Assembly: GCA_951406725.2 (NCBI GenBank)
Contig: OX597835.1
Span: 31,372,001-31,436,000, forward strand
Direction: 5' to 3'
DNA: 64,000 bases
Origin: Octopus vulgaris
Taxonomy: Eukaryota
Shown one piece after another: positions 1 through 12,424 of the stretch. Numbering within the stretch: position 1 is the stretch's first letter; each line of letters begins with the position of its first letter. The notes under the pieces were generated by a model. That model searched no databases, was not told the origin of the DNA, and saw only the letters and a program-made list of their open reading frames with translations. The position numbers and the translations under genes were made by a program.

Positions 1-155
<155 letters not shown>

Positions 156-840
156 GCACGTATGTGTTTGTTGTGAATGTTTATGTAATGTGTATTATTT
201 GTATTGAGATATATATATGCTTGTACTTCTTTTCACGTTACATCACCTAACCCCCTTACCTAACCCCCTATTTCCCAATACCTTTCTTCTCCTTACGTTC
301 ATCTTTCTGTCTCATCTCTGTTGTCTTAATACTTATCCTTCTTTACAAACTACAACCTTCTATATAATTATCTACTCCTCTGCCTTCCGTCTTCATTTTT
401 CCTCTCACCACCACAGTCATGACGTTACTCTCATTACCACCATCACGACACAACCATCTGCACCATTACTCGAAACCCTACAAGTAACACTCTTACTAAC
501 ATCATTACCCCGTGTGTTTCCATTTATCCATATGTTTGCTTTCTTTCTTTCTTCCTTCTTTTCTATTCGTCTTAGAATTAGTTAGGTTCAAACATCACTG
601 TTAGATGTTCGATACTCGTTGAGCTGTTGGGGCTATGCCAAAGTAATAGGTGACAAACAAGATATATAACACAATTGTAATGGCATGCAGTCAATTTGCA
701 TGTCAGTTTTTTCTAGAACTTACAACACGTCATCACAGGGACCAGATGGCAGAATGCCACCAGGTTCCCTTGAGGTGTCTGTGGATCAGATGGTGCGTGT
801 CTTGGAACAGGTAGGGCTATAAGGATTTAGCGCTAACATA

Positions 841-938
841 ACACAAGCTGGGGATTGATCAACCCTGGTTCGACCACCTGGATGACCGTGTCTGATGTTG
901 AAAGAGCCGAAGCACCTAATGACCCTAAGGAAGCATCA
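841..938 (+). mobile_element. Fragment resembling the 3' UTR of a HERO-clade non-LTR retrotransposon
   Basis: acacaagctggggattgatcaaccctggtt...gtgtctgatgttgaaagagccgaagcacctaatgaccc resembles HERO 3' ends as I recall them; not verified by search. Confidence 0.4.
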
Positions 939-976
939 TGTGTACAGTTGTATCATAGGATGATATACGAGTGTGT

Positions 977-1052
977 AGGCACATGGCCTAGTGGTTAGAG
1001 TAGCGGACTCGCAGTCGAAGGATCGCGGTTTCGAATCTCAGACCGGGTGATG
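977..1052 (+). mobile_element. tRNA-derived SINE head (family C)
   Basis: A-box tggcctagtggtt and B-box-like ggtttcgaatctc, with no proper acceptor stem. Confidence 0.7.
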
Positions 1053-1359
1053 TACATATGCGTATTGTGAATGTACGAATTAGAAATCACCTTTCAAGAA
1101 AATATTTTACACCCTTACAATTATGTATATAGACATATACGTGTGTCTATATTTACAAATAAACACATACATACGTACAAATGTACATAGATATATAATA
1201 TATATAGTGTGTATGTATATACGTGCGTGTGTTCTTGTCTGTATATGTATATATATATGTTTGTATGTATGTGTGCATGTATGTATATATGCACGTATGC
1301 ATGTATGTAGTAATGATTGTATGTATATATATATAGAGAGAGAGATGTATTTGCATAGC

Positions 1360-1539
1360 AAGGTACGTGATCTGAGATCGTGTGCTGGAACGAAAACAAT
1401 TGCAGCGTGGAAGGTGTTTATAAGCCATTTAAGAAACACACAAAAACCGTTAGATTCACTTCAACATATAAATTTAATTTGTCAAAATATTTGAGACCGC
1501 AACATGTTCACTGACAAAATTCCGTGCTGCATCTGTTAT

Positions 1540-1540
<1 letters not shown>
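1360..1540 (-). mobile_element. Penelope-like terminal fragment with a degenerate hammerhead (G3-C8 swapped core)
   Basis: Minus 1518-1478: TTTGTCA-GTGAACA-...-TGACAAA gives a 7-bp stem I; stem II and GAAA are partly deleted. Flanked by microsatellites. Confidence 0.4.
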
Positions 1541-1597
<57 letters not shown>

Positions 1598-1618
1598 AAT
1601 AGAGAGAGAGAGAGACAT

Positions 1619-1659
<41 letters not shown>

Positions 1660-1672
1660 TAGACAGACAGAC

Positions 1673-1761
<89 letters not shown>

Positions 1762-2100
1762 CACACATACACAGACACAGAATGCAATGTGTACATATAC
1801 ACAAGATGTTAGGAGTATTTGAGGACACTTAAATCTCAGTATATTACTCCCATCAAACCAGTTAAAAGGTTTCTTTTATTTCTTTCAGATCTGTTTTGCC
1901 AGGTAAAATGCTAACACACGAAAGGAAAAGACTTACAATCATTGTTGCTTTGTGGGCGAAATCTGATGATTTAGATATAGTCACCTTGAAAAGCCTTGCA
2001 AAATGTCCTTTGGCCGAATGTCCAATGCGAGTAGAAGCTTCTGTTGTTAATGGTTCCGCTGTGTAAAACAGAAGAAAACATTCTAATCGGTCGGATACTA

Positions 2101-2214
2101 TAAGGAAGCCGCAATTTGTCCAATAGGTTTAAGATATGAATTTTGATCCCAGAAATATAAGGAGGCTGCAATTCGTCCAATGGGTTTAAGACATGAATTT
2201 TGATCCCAGAAAAA
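2101..2214 (+). repeat. 57-bp tandem duplication (2 copies)
   Basis: taaggaagccgcaatttgtccaat...gatcccagaaa at 2101 and 2158. Confidence 0.85.
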
Positions 2215-2249
2215 TCAATGAGCGCCATCGAGAAAGAACTCTAGGTGAT

Positions 2250-2780
2250 GGAGTGAAGTATCGTAATCGTTGTGCACAAGGATATTCAATACAAGACTTA
2301 GGTAGTGAAGAGAGGCCAATTAGAGCCTCCAAATTCACAGGAAAGCCGCATAACCTTTGTGAAATGGTTAATTAACAAGTTCGCCAATCCTACAAAACTA
2401 ACTGATGTTTTCTGAAGAGAAAGACTGTGTAACGGATGAAATAAGTGATGGTTGTGTGCAGATCCTTCGATATCAACAATGTGATGCACACTAAGTGTAT
2501 AGCAACTGCAATGGTTTTCGGAGCGGTAAGTTACGAAGACCATGTCATGCCACTTCACACCTCTTCGCAGGGTCTTAGAATAAATGCTCCCGGAGCACGT
2601 TAAGGTGCAGGAGACAGTTGCTAAGCCCTTGTTGGTTGAAGTATGCAGCAGAAGGTCATACATGTGGAAACAAGACACACCACCTTCACTCATGGCCCAC
2701 GTAACCTGTGAATAGATGCCAAACAATCTTTACACTGGTGCAGCACCAACTATGAGGCCTCCAGACTGGCCAGACAAGAG
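2250..2780 (+). pseudogene. Decayed Tc1/mariner-superfamily transposase (maT/DD37D-like)
   Basis: Hand translation across frameshifts: WLCADPS, VMHTKCIATAMVFGAVSYEDHVMPLH..QGLRIN, SYMWKQDTPPS, MRPPDWPD (cf. VMVFGVVSSEGHVMPPH, QQDSAP, WPPxSPDL). Confidence 0.75.
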
Positions 2781-3134
2781 CAGTAATCGTGTGAACGTGA
2801 TCGTGCATTAGGAATCAAATAATGTGTCTGGCTTTCGTAGATTCATTTAAAAATAAAGCATAAAATTTAATGAATATTTTAGCAATTGTTATTTACTTGT
2901 TCAAGACGAATCTATGGCTGTCAATTAAAATATAGCGTCTAATTAATAAACTATTGTCAAATGCAACATCATCAACATCAACAACACTAACGACAACAGC
3001 AACAATAACGACAACGAAGCCACGATTACTTCAACGACCGCCATCACTACTGATTCATTATCATAATCGTAGACATAATCACACCGTCACAATTCGCTTC
3101 CTCCCCACACCCCCCATTCTGGCCCCCCCTTTCC

Positions 3135-3510
3135 GTTACGTTCTGACCTCACATTCCGCCGAGGGCCACTTTGCCTTTCATCCTTTCGGGGTCGATAAAT
3201 TAAGTACCAGTTACGCACTGGGGTCGATATAATCGACTTAATCCGTTTGTCTGTCCTTGTTTATCCCATCTATGTTTAACCCCTTGTGGGCAATAAAGAA
3301 ATAAGAATGGTTAGCATCTCGGACGAAATGCCATCAGGCATTTTGTCTTGTCTTTCTTTACCTTCTGAATTCAAAATCAGCCTAGATTGACTTTGCCTTT
3401 CATCCTTATGGGCTCGAAAAAAAAAGTACCAGTTGAACACTGGGGTTGATGTAATAAACTAGTTCTGACCACTCTGAAATTGCTAGACATGTACTAAAAT
3501 TTCAAATCAA
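3135..3510 (+). mobile_element. SINE family A, two adjacent partial copies
   Basis: Core ctttgcctttcatcctttcggggtcgataaattaagtacc shared with many copies in the window. Confidence 0.85.
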
Positions 3511-3563
3511 TATTTAACAAGTGAACGTGAAAACTGCCCTAAACGCAAAACCTGTGCATGAAT

Positions 3564-3676
<113 letters not shown>

Positions 3677-4269
3677 GTATCTTGTCCCATGAAACGAGTG
3701 GTACAAATAACTAGGCATGAACAATTTCCCTGGCAACCTATTCTATTACTCATTTTCAGTCTTCCTTAAACTGACTTCGTGCCTCACACAGAAACATATA
3801 TATATGTGTGTATGTATGTATGTGTGTGTGTGTGTATGTGTGTCTGTGTCTGTGTGTGTGAGTATGTGTGTGTGAGTGTGTGTGTGTGTGTATGGCGCGC
3901 ACGTGCCTGAGTTTGAGGAGATGCACGAAAAAGTGTATGAAAATAAAGAAACTTAAGAATAGTGTCAAATATACTTGATAGATATTTGAACCTGCAATGA
4001 AAAGCCATTTAAGGGTTCAAATATCTCCTAAACATATTTAAACTGGTTTTATATTTATACACATGCACACTCACGCACATACACATGCACATACACATAC
4101 ATATATGTGTGTGTATGTATATATTATGTATGATATGATAAAAGCATAACCAGGCAGCACAACTTATATGAGGTTAGATTAATGATATATCTTTAAACAT
4201 ATACTTGTGGATAAATATATCTATAGCCCTACCTGTCCTCTCTCTCTCTCTATCTATCTCTCTCTCTCG

Positions 4270-4304
<35 letters not shown>

Positions 4305-4346
4305 TACATCTCACTCTCATTATATATATATATATGTTTGTATGTG

Positions 4347-4397
<51 letters not shown>

Positions 4398-4486
4398 TAT
4401 ATATATATATACATACAATTTATTCTCGAGAATTATTATATTCTCCTTAAGTTGCTATTAGCAAATTGTCTGTGTATATAATTAAC

Positions 4487-4778
4487 ACGTCACTTCCCAC
4501 CCAAATAATTTTGCCCCTACAGTATTAATTTTCGCAGGAAAAATAAAGTCGGAATGGGATACTTTTTGAACGCGCCACGAATGCAAAATTGTTTTTACCC
4601 ATCAGTTAGTAATGGTCACTGATATTTCATATATGAATTACACGCATAAAGCTATTATACATTGTTGCTTTGCAACACTTACCATTCCATATCTTATTCG
4701 AAGTAAAAGATAACTACAACAGTAATAACGGAACAATGACAAGAATATTAGCTTTCTTAGTTAAAACTCTGAACGTAA

Positions 4779-4875
<97 letters not shown>

Positions 4876-4902
4876 GTAATAATTATAATGATAATGATAA
4901 TG
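4487..4902 (+). repeat. Direct duplication copy 1 (copy 2 at 6008-6417)
   Basis: About 290 bp of unique sequence plus a (TAA)n tract, repeated 1521 bp downstream with two visible substitutions. Confidence 0.9.
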
Positions 4903-5029
4903 TCCAAAACATATCCGATCTTTAGGTATAAAGAAAAAAAGAACGGTAAACGATTTTGTACATTTCACAATTGTTATTTAATCACCTTGAAAATACACTT
5001 CTTCCAGGGTTTCTTCCACTGCTGTGCTG

Positions 5030-6100
5030 GTAACATCTCTGGAACCACGTCTCTGGACTGTTATGAAGCACAGCCGTCACTTTTCTACTAATTTTCCCTC
5101 TCGCGACCCAAATCGCTTGCCTTTCAGAGTGGTTTCCAGATTGGAGAAGATCCAGAAGTTACACGGTGTCAAACCGGGAGAATAGAGAGCCTGTCGAACA
5201 AGTGGTATGTTGTTCTTAACCAAGAAAACTTGGATTAATAGGTTTGTTCAAAAAGTAAACTAATTTATTTTTGTCGCCCACACTCTCTGTACACACGAAT
5301 TTGCCATTACAACGGAACGCGTTGATACTGCGTTTATCCCCAATTCGCAAGTAAATTCCTGGTTCGCTATACGACGGTCTTCCATGAATATACGCCGAAC
5401 CTTCTGAGTGGGCTCCTCATTTCTCCTTGTCGGTGGCCAGCCTAGACATGCCACGCTCTCTGCTGAGATGCGGTGATGTTTGAAATTGTTGTATCACTCC
5501 CTAATCTGAATAGTTTCCATGGTATCATTATCAAAGGCTTGCTGAATCTTCTGAATGGTTTGAGCATGAGAATCAGCAAGCTTTTCATAAAACTTATATC
5601 TCTGCTCAATGCATTCGGCCATCTTGCCTGGAAGCAAAAATCCGACGAGCGCTGAACTGTAGGCGTAACAGCCGAGAACTGACGCGTCAAAAGGACAACA
5701 TTTATATTATTTAATCTCAACTGAAGCAAGGCTCTATATATTTCTTTACTACCCACAAGGGGCTAAACATAGAGGAGACAAACAAGGACAAAGGGATTAA
5801 GTCGATTACATTATTTATCGACCCCGAAAGGATGAAAGGCAAAGTCAACATCGGCGGAATTTGAACTCAGAACGTAACGACAGACGAAATACGGCTACGC
5901 ATTTCGCCAAGCGTGCTAACGTTTCTGCCAGCTAGCCGCCTTTGAAGCAAGGCTCTATAACCTCACTACCTCCTCCTGGTCAAAAAAAAAAATGCGCAGA
6001 AGGGGTGACGTCACTTCCCACCCAAATAATTTTGCCCCTACAGTATTAATTTTCGCAGGAAAAATAAAGTCGGAATGGGATACTTTTTGAACGCGCCACG
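5030..6100 (-). pseudogene. Decayed mariner (DD34D) transposon
   Basis: Minus translations GWPPTRRNEEPTQKVRRIFMEDRRI...QRVWA (GRP/HTH region) and QALYSPGLTPCNFWIFSNLETTLKGKRF (YSPDLAPxD motif). TIR-like cgtggcgcgttcaaaaagta ends at 6100. Confidence 0.8.
5739..5942 (-). mobile_element. SINE family A inserted in the mariner, 17-bp TSD
   Basis: TSD tgaagcaaggctctata at 5722-5738 and 5943-5959. Confidence 0.92.
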
Positions 6101-6299
6101 AATGCAAAATTGTTTTTACCCATCAGTTAGTAATGGTCACTGATATTTCATATATGAATTACACGCTTAAAGCTATTTTACATTGTTGCTTTGCAACACT
6201 TACCATTCCATATCTTATTCGAAGTAAAAGATAACTACAACAGTAATAACGGAACAATGACAAGAATATTAGCTTTCTTAGTTAAAACTCTGAACGTAA

Positions 6300-6390
<91 letters not shown>

Positions 6391-6417
6391 GTAATAATTA
6401 TAATGATAATGATAATG
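6008..6417 (+). repeat. Direct duplication copy 2
   Basis: Matches 4487-4902. Confidence 0.9.
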
Positions 6418-6420
6418 ATG

Positions 6421-6533
<113 letters not shown>

Positions 6534-6534
6534 C

Positions 6535-7025
6535 AAAGTGACACTGGGGTAAAATATACGAAGCCCAGTATACCCATCATGACTGATAAGGGTACACCAG
6601 GTACATGCATCACAACCATGTGTGCGCGATATGGTGATCTCATATCACGATAATCAGCACATGAATTTTTTTCAGCTTGAGTAGCCCATCCCACTCAAAA
6701 GGTCCCTGAATAAGGGTTGTTTAAGGATGTTGAACGAACCACCCATGTTTCCAGAGGTGAATTATTCAAACCCCTAAGAATCCCTCTCAACACATGGCTA
6801 TGATGCTCCCCCAATACTTCTGCTCGTGCTCAGGGGTGCACATATCATCAGCCACAAAGGGATATGCTCAACAGGTCAAACAACTGACAAGCAAATATGT
6901 GGTATTGAGCAGAATATTTGCTGTAGCCCATCTTTTATACCAAGACAAAACAATATACATGATAACACTTCCAATCAGTTAAGCTCAGAAGCCATGAGAG
7001 CCACTGTCTGGTACTGCATCAGGAT
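6535..7025. mobile_element. Interspersed repeat embedded in (TTA)n, possibly R4/Dong-associated
   Basis: Flanked by (TTA)n on both sides; segment gcccatccc-ctcaaaaggtccctgaataagggtt recurs at about 52610-52660. Confidence 0.5.
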
Positions 7026-7414
7026 TATTATTATTATCATGTGACAGAGCAAGTGTACAGAACGAAGGAAACAATAAAATCTACATCACGGCAAGAAGCA
7101 ACTTTCAAAGTGACACAAAATTTTCACTCATTCATACTATCGATCTACATCTACTTATGTGTTACGAAACTAATGGCGTAGAATATTATTATACATATAT
7201 GCTAGATAATAATGAAATAATGAAATTTGAAGGTGAATTTCGGGAACATGCGTACTAAGCTACGTAGATAAATACTAGATACTTTTTACAAATGTTACCC
7301 CAACGAAGGAAATGGAGCGATATCTCATTACACTTACCAGAACGGAATTCATTTTGAAAAAACAAATACCGATTGCAATAAAGATGTACATGTATAGATA
7401 CATTATATATGCAC

Positions 7415-7484
<70 letters not shown>

Positions 7485-7549
7485 GTGTATATATAATACA
7501 TATATATATATTACATATACAGATATATCTGTGTGAGTATGTATGTATG

Positions 7550-7600
<51 letters not shown>

Positions 7601-7601
<1 letters not shown>

Positions 7602-7770
7602 GGCGCAGGAGTGGCTGTGTGGTGAGTAGCGTGCTTTCCAACCGCATGGTTCCGGGTTCAGTCCCTCTGCCTGGCAACTTGGGCAATTGTCTTCTACTGT
7701 AACTTCGGTCCGACCAAAGCATTGGGAGTAGATTTGGTAGACAGAAACTGAAAGAAGCCCGTCGTATATA
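7601..7770 (+). mobile_element. SINE family B, 5' half
   Basis: ggcgcaggagtggctgtgtggt...ggttcagtccc...gaaactgaaagaagcccgtcg followed by (TA)n. Confidence 0.9.
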
Positions 7771-7780
7771 TACACACATA

Positions 7781-7849
<69 letters not shown>

Positions 7850-7985
7850 GTATGTATATATGTATGTATGTAAAAAAAATGTATATATATACATATAGAT
7901 ATATATATATATACGCATACATGCCCATATATTTATATATGTTGTATACATGTATATGATTATACAAATACATACATGCATATAC

Positions 7986-8033
<48 letters not shown>

Positions 8034-8530
8034 GTATGTAAATATTTATTCGTGTCTGTGTGTAAATACATATACATAATTAAAAGAGAACAGTAAAGAT
8101 AATGTGAATATATTTTGTAATCCAAGGCAGAAAATATTACGTAGAAAGCATCAACCGCTGCAAAATGTCTGGATAAGAAGTTAAAGATTGATTGGTTGAA
8201 CATCTTATCTTTAAATTTGTCTTTCTTTCAGACTGAAGAAAATATCGCTCTTTATGATCTGTTTTACTTATTTTTCTTTCATTTTGTTCTCATTTCCGCC
8301 TACTTTTCTTGAAGAAGATTAGAAGATAAAAATAAAGAACAGTAACGAAAAGAAAACAGAACAAAAAAAAAATGGATAAAAATGACAGAAGTTAAAATGC
8401 AGAAATTTTTAACTGCAATAATTGCTTATGTTTTGATGTTTTTTCAGATGAGCAAGGGTAGGACTTATGGCGGTTTTGTTTTTAAGGCCTCCGTGGCGGA
8501 TGGAAGAAAGAAAAGACAACAACGAATGAT

Positions 8531-8603
<73 letters not shown>

Positions 8604-8699
8604 TGTTGTTTTTGTTGCTTGCCCAAGGCCACTGATAAAAGCCATCGCAGCCGTCCCTTTCTCGTCTATTTATTAACTTTATTTAGTTATGTATATATT

Positions 8700-8895
8700 C
8701 TTTTATTCTTTCGCTTCTTTCAGTCCTTAGACTGCAACCATGCTGAAGCACGGCTTTGAAAATTTGAAATCGAAGTCGAGCGAATCGACCTTCGACACTT
8801 GTTTTTTTAAGCCTGCTACGTATGATATCAGTCACTATGTGCCGAATCGATAACTTGCGGGGACATAAACACACCAACACTGGTCGTCAAGCGGC
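8700..8895 (-). mobile_element. SINE family B, 3' half (degenerate)
   Basis: Similar to the reverse complement of 42610-42800. Confidence 0.7.
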
Positions 8896-8908
8896 AGTGA
8901 GGTACAAG

Positions 8909-9100
8909 TGGCGGCGAACTGGCAGAAACGTTAGCACGCCGGGCAAAATGCGTAGCTGTATTTCGTCTGCCGCTACGTTCTAAGTTCAAATTCCACTGAG
9001 GTCGACCTTCATCCTTTCGGAGTCGATTAAATAAGTACCAGTTACGCACTGGGGTCGATGTAATCGACTTAAAACCTATGTCTGTTCTTGTTTGTCCCCT
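8909..9100 (+). mobile_element. SINE family A
   Basis: ggcggcgaactggcagaaacgttagc head plus family A core. Confidence 0.9.
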
Positions 9101-9541
9101 AATTGTTATTGTCTGAGATTTTGGTGTAATTTGAGAGGATAATACAAAAGTTATGGTTGATTTAGTGATTTACTGCAAAACCCATGGCGGCCAAAATGAT
9201 CAGAACGGTTGAAAAAATAACAAAATAATCAAAAATGTTTAGTAAACGAACCATCACGTAAACAAATTCAAAACATTAGAGTTCACCGGTTAAATATACT
9301 AAAACACGGAGTAAAAGCAACCGTTCTGATCCTTTTGGCCGCCATGGGTTTTGCAGTAAATCACTAAATCATCCATAACTTTTGTATTATCCTCTCAAAT
9401 TACACCAAAATCTTCGACAATAACAATTAATATTGTATTTATTGTCTGTGAAAATTATAGAATATAAAACAACTTTGATAAAAACTTATACCTACTTTTC
9501 TGGCGAAAACAATGCCGTTCTGAACATTTTGGCCGCAACTG
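9101..9541. mobile_element. Tc1-like MITE with IR/DR-type terminal repeats (left end truncated)
   Basis: Inverted repeat 9101-9211/9318-9428. Motif gcggccaaaatg.tcagaacgg occurs as inner and outer repeats. Right end ...caactg|TA. Confidence 0.75.
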
Positions 9542-9572
<31 letters not shown>

Positions 9573-9973
9573 ATATACAAATTGAGACAGGGGTTGTAAA
9601 TGCAACCCTCTATGGGATAACGTATATCCAATATACTGCTAGTGAAGTACCCAACAAAGTTAATACATAGATGTTAATGATTGCGATGCAATCAATTCAT
9701 TTACTGTATTATATGGGCAAAGGTAAAATGATTTACCACAAATTACTAATACAAGATAAGAAAAAAGAATTTCTTTTTTATATATATTCTAATTATTATA
9801 CAACATTACTCTTTTATGTACACTTTTTTATGTACATCCCGTTATGTACACTGATTTGTTCTGCCTTTTATATTTAACCCTACAGTCTCTTATGTGGTGG
9901 TTTAATAAAGTATGTGATTGAGTATTATCTGGTAATTGATATTTGATTTTGATGTATTTCTCCATTTTCTTAC

Positions 9974-10012
<39 letters not shown>

Positions 10013-10020
<8 letters not shown>

Positions 10021-10963
10021 ATTAGGGCTTAGTAAAATAAATTACTTTGCCACATACTGAACTTAGTAGAAATAGCAGCCAAAAAAAATTTTCTTAGCAT
10101 TTCTACTACTTAAAGAAAATTTCTCTCAGATAATGTTTACTCTAGACAGCTCACGAAGGTTTGGGGGTAAATACAGAAAAATATCACAAGTACATAGATC
10201 GTTTGAGTACGTCAACGTTTCAAGATTAGCCAAATAAAATCAGCATTTCTATCGTCAGCTCAAAATTTCTTAATTTGGATTTGGAAACACTAAAAAGAAG
10301 GAACTTTACCTATCAGCGAACTACTCGCTTCAGATGAACCACTCCAACTAACAGTGTCAACAAATTCAAAATGCGCAGGCGTAAAATTCTGCACTCCCCA
10401 TTCCACCCACGTGGTCTATCTATCAAACATTATATTTTAACCGCGAGAACCGAGGTAGTATGACCGAGAGAAATGAATTATAATATCAACAATTGAGGGT
10501 AAAATTAATTAATTAATCAATTTCACCAAGTGTTCAGTATGTAAAAGGACCATTTAAGGCGAATTCAAAATATTACATTATATAATTAGGGCTTAGTAAA
10601 ATAAATTACTTTGCCACATACTGAACTTAGTAGAAATAGCAGCCAAAAAAAATTTTCTTAGCATTTCTACTACTTAAAAAAAATTTCTCTCAGATAATGT
10701 TTACTCTAGACAGCTCACGAAGGTTTGGGGGTAAATACAGAAAAATATCACAAGTACATAGATCGTTTTCTTTAAGTAGTAGAAATGCTAAGAAAATTTT
10801 TTTTTTTGGCTGCTATTTCTACTAAGTTCAGTATGTGGCAAAGTAATTTATTTTACTAAGCCCTAATTATATAATGTAATATTTTGAATTCGCCTTAAAT
10901 GGTCCTTTTACATACTGAACACTTGGTGAAATTGATTAATTAATTAATTTTACCCTCAATTGT

Positions 10964-10969
<6 letters not shown>
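10013..10969 (-). mobile_element. Non-coding Penelope-like/retrozyme-like element: 564-bp monomer, partial tandem copy, inverted segment
   Basis: 10013-10204 repeated at 10577-10768; 10766-10969 is the reverse complement of about 10483-10683; (TA)n on both sides; contains an HHR. Confidence 0.8.
10202..10264 (-). ncRNA. Type I hammerhead ribozyme (canonical core, GUA cleavage triplet)
   Basis: tttgag CTGACGA t-aga-aat-gctga-ttttat-ttggc-taa-tct-t GAAA cgt tg acg TA^ ctcaaa: perfect 6-bp stem I, 4-bp stem III. Confidence 0.8.
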
Positions 10970-11002
<33 letters not shown>

Positions 11003-11100
11003 TTAATCCAAACAAGAGAACACAAAGAAAACACAGCAACGCGAGGACGTGGAACAAATAAAGTATTATTGGACGCTCAGGAAAGAAGGGAAGAAGGAGG

Positions 11101-11135
11101 GTTTAACGTTTCGAGCGGAGCTCTTCGTCGGAAAC
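11101..11135 (-). ncRNA. Minimal hammerhead-like motif (U4C core) in a Penelope-like end (about 11001-11200)
   Basis: gttt CCGACGA a gagc tcc gctc GAAAC GTT^ aaac. Confidence 0.6.
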
Positions 11136-11239
11136 ATAGGAGAAGGAAAGATCCCGAGAAGGGAAGTCAGAAGGAAAAAAATCGCTGGCCGTGCTCACGA
11201 GGTCGTGTGTGTGTGTGTGTGTATGTGCGTGTGTGTGTG

Positions 11240-11590
11240 AGTGTCTTTGTGTCTGCGTTTGGTCTCATCAATAATTGGCAACCGGTATTGGTGTGTTTAC
11301 AACCCCGTAGCACCAGCAGTTCAGCAACAGAGACCGATAAAATAAGTACCGGGCTTGAAAATAAAATAAGTACTGTTGGCGATTAGTTCGAATAAAATTT
11401 CTCTACACACAGACATACACACACAAACACACACTACAAGTTTCACACAGTTTTCCTCTACCAATTTAACTCTCGTGCCATCGGTTGACTTGGGCTACAA
11501 TAGAACACAATTGCTTTAGGTGCTGTACAACAGGACCGAAACCGAAATCCTCGTTTGCAAAGCAAGCTTCCTAACCACGCAGCAAGCCTT
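11240..11590. mobile_element. Degenerate SINE family B halves (3' half on +, 5' half on -)
   Basis: agagaccgataaaataagtacc at about 11330; aagcttcctaaccacgcagc at about 11565. Confidence 0.6.
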
Positions 11591-12184
11591 GTTTCTATAT
11601 AAAGAATATTTAAGTATTCTTCATAGGGAGATCTAAGCTTCTTGTTCTCTCAGAAACGCTAACTAGTGTAGATGTTCCTGATAAGACTTCAGATTCTGTT
11701 CGAAAGTAAACGAGCGGTTCACTGTTGTCTCCGTAGCTAAAGAGACAGTGAGAGATACAGAGAGAGGGAAGAGAGACATCGGCCCCGTGGTGAAGCTATA
11801 GAATCTCCCATCATGCTCACAATAGATGGATATTTATCATGATTGTACACCTACATGCATTTATTAAGATCAAATTTTTCATAAACAAGAAAAGTAGAAA
11901 AACTGTACATACATTATACATACCTACACAGAAACCCACTCACACACATATGTATGTTTATATATATATAAATTCATACCAAGGCACTTCATCGTTAACA
12001 TGGTATTAGTAACCCGCAACAGTGGGCTGACCACTGGTGTTTTCCAGCTCAGCCAATTTAACGGGCAACTAAAAGATGTGTCATTTTTGTCCAAGAATCT
12101 CTCTGTGCAGTTGTGCCAACTTCATCACGTGCCTGTGCTTGGTGGACCAACGCATTCTGAGAAACACTTCCAGTTAAAACTAGC

Positions 12185-12263
<79 letters not shown>

Positions 12264-12285
12264 CGTCTGTCTGTCTGTCTTTCTG

Positions 12286-12343
<58 letters not shown>

Positions 12344-12344
12344 C

Positions 12345-12424
<80 letters not shown>

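Noticed and set aside
977-1052. tRNA genes (also at 40745-41040 and 63962-64000)
   Set aside because: A/B boxes are present but there is no complete cloverleaf; better explained as SINE heads.
6960-7025. HDV-like ribozyme at the end of the (TTA)n-embedded repeat
   Set aside because: I could not build the nested double pseudoknot by eye.
11990-12185. Unique-looking island as a possible exon (also 19920-20240)
   Set aside because: No convincing acceptor/donor pair or recognisable peptide; RNA-seq would be needed.
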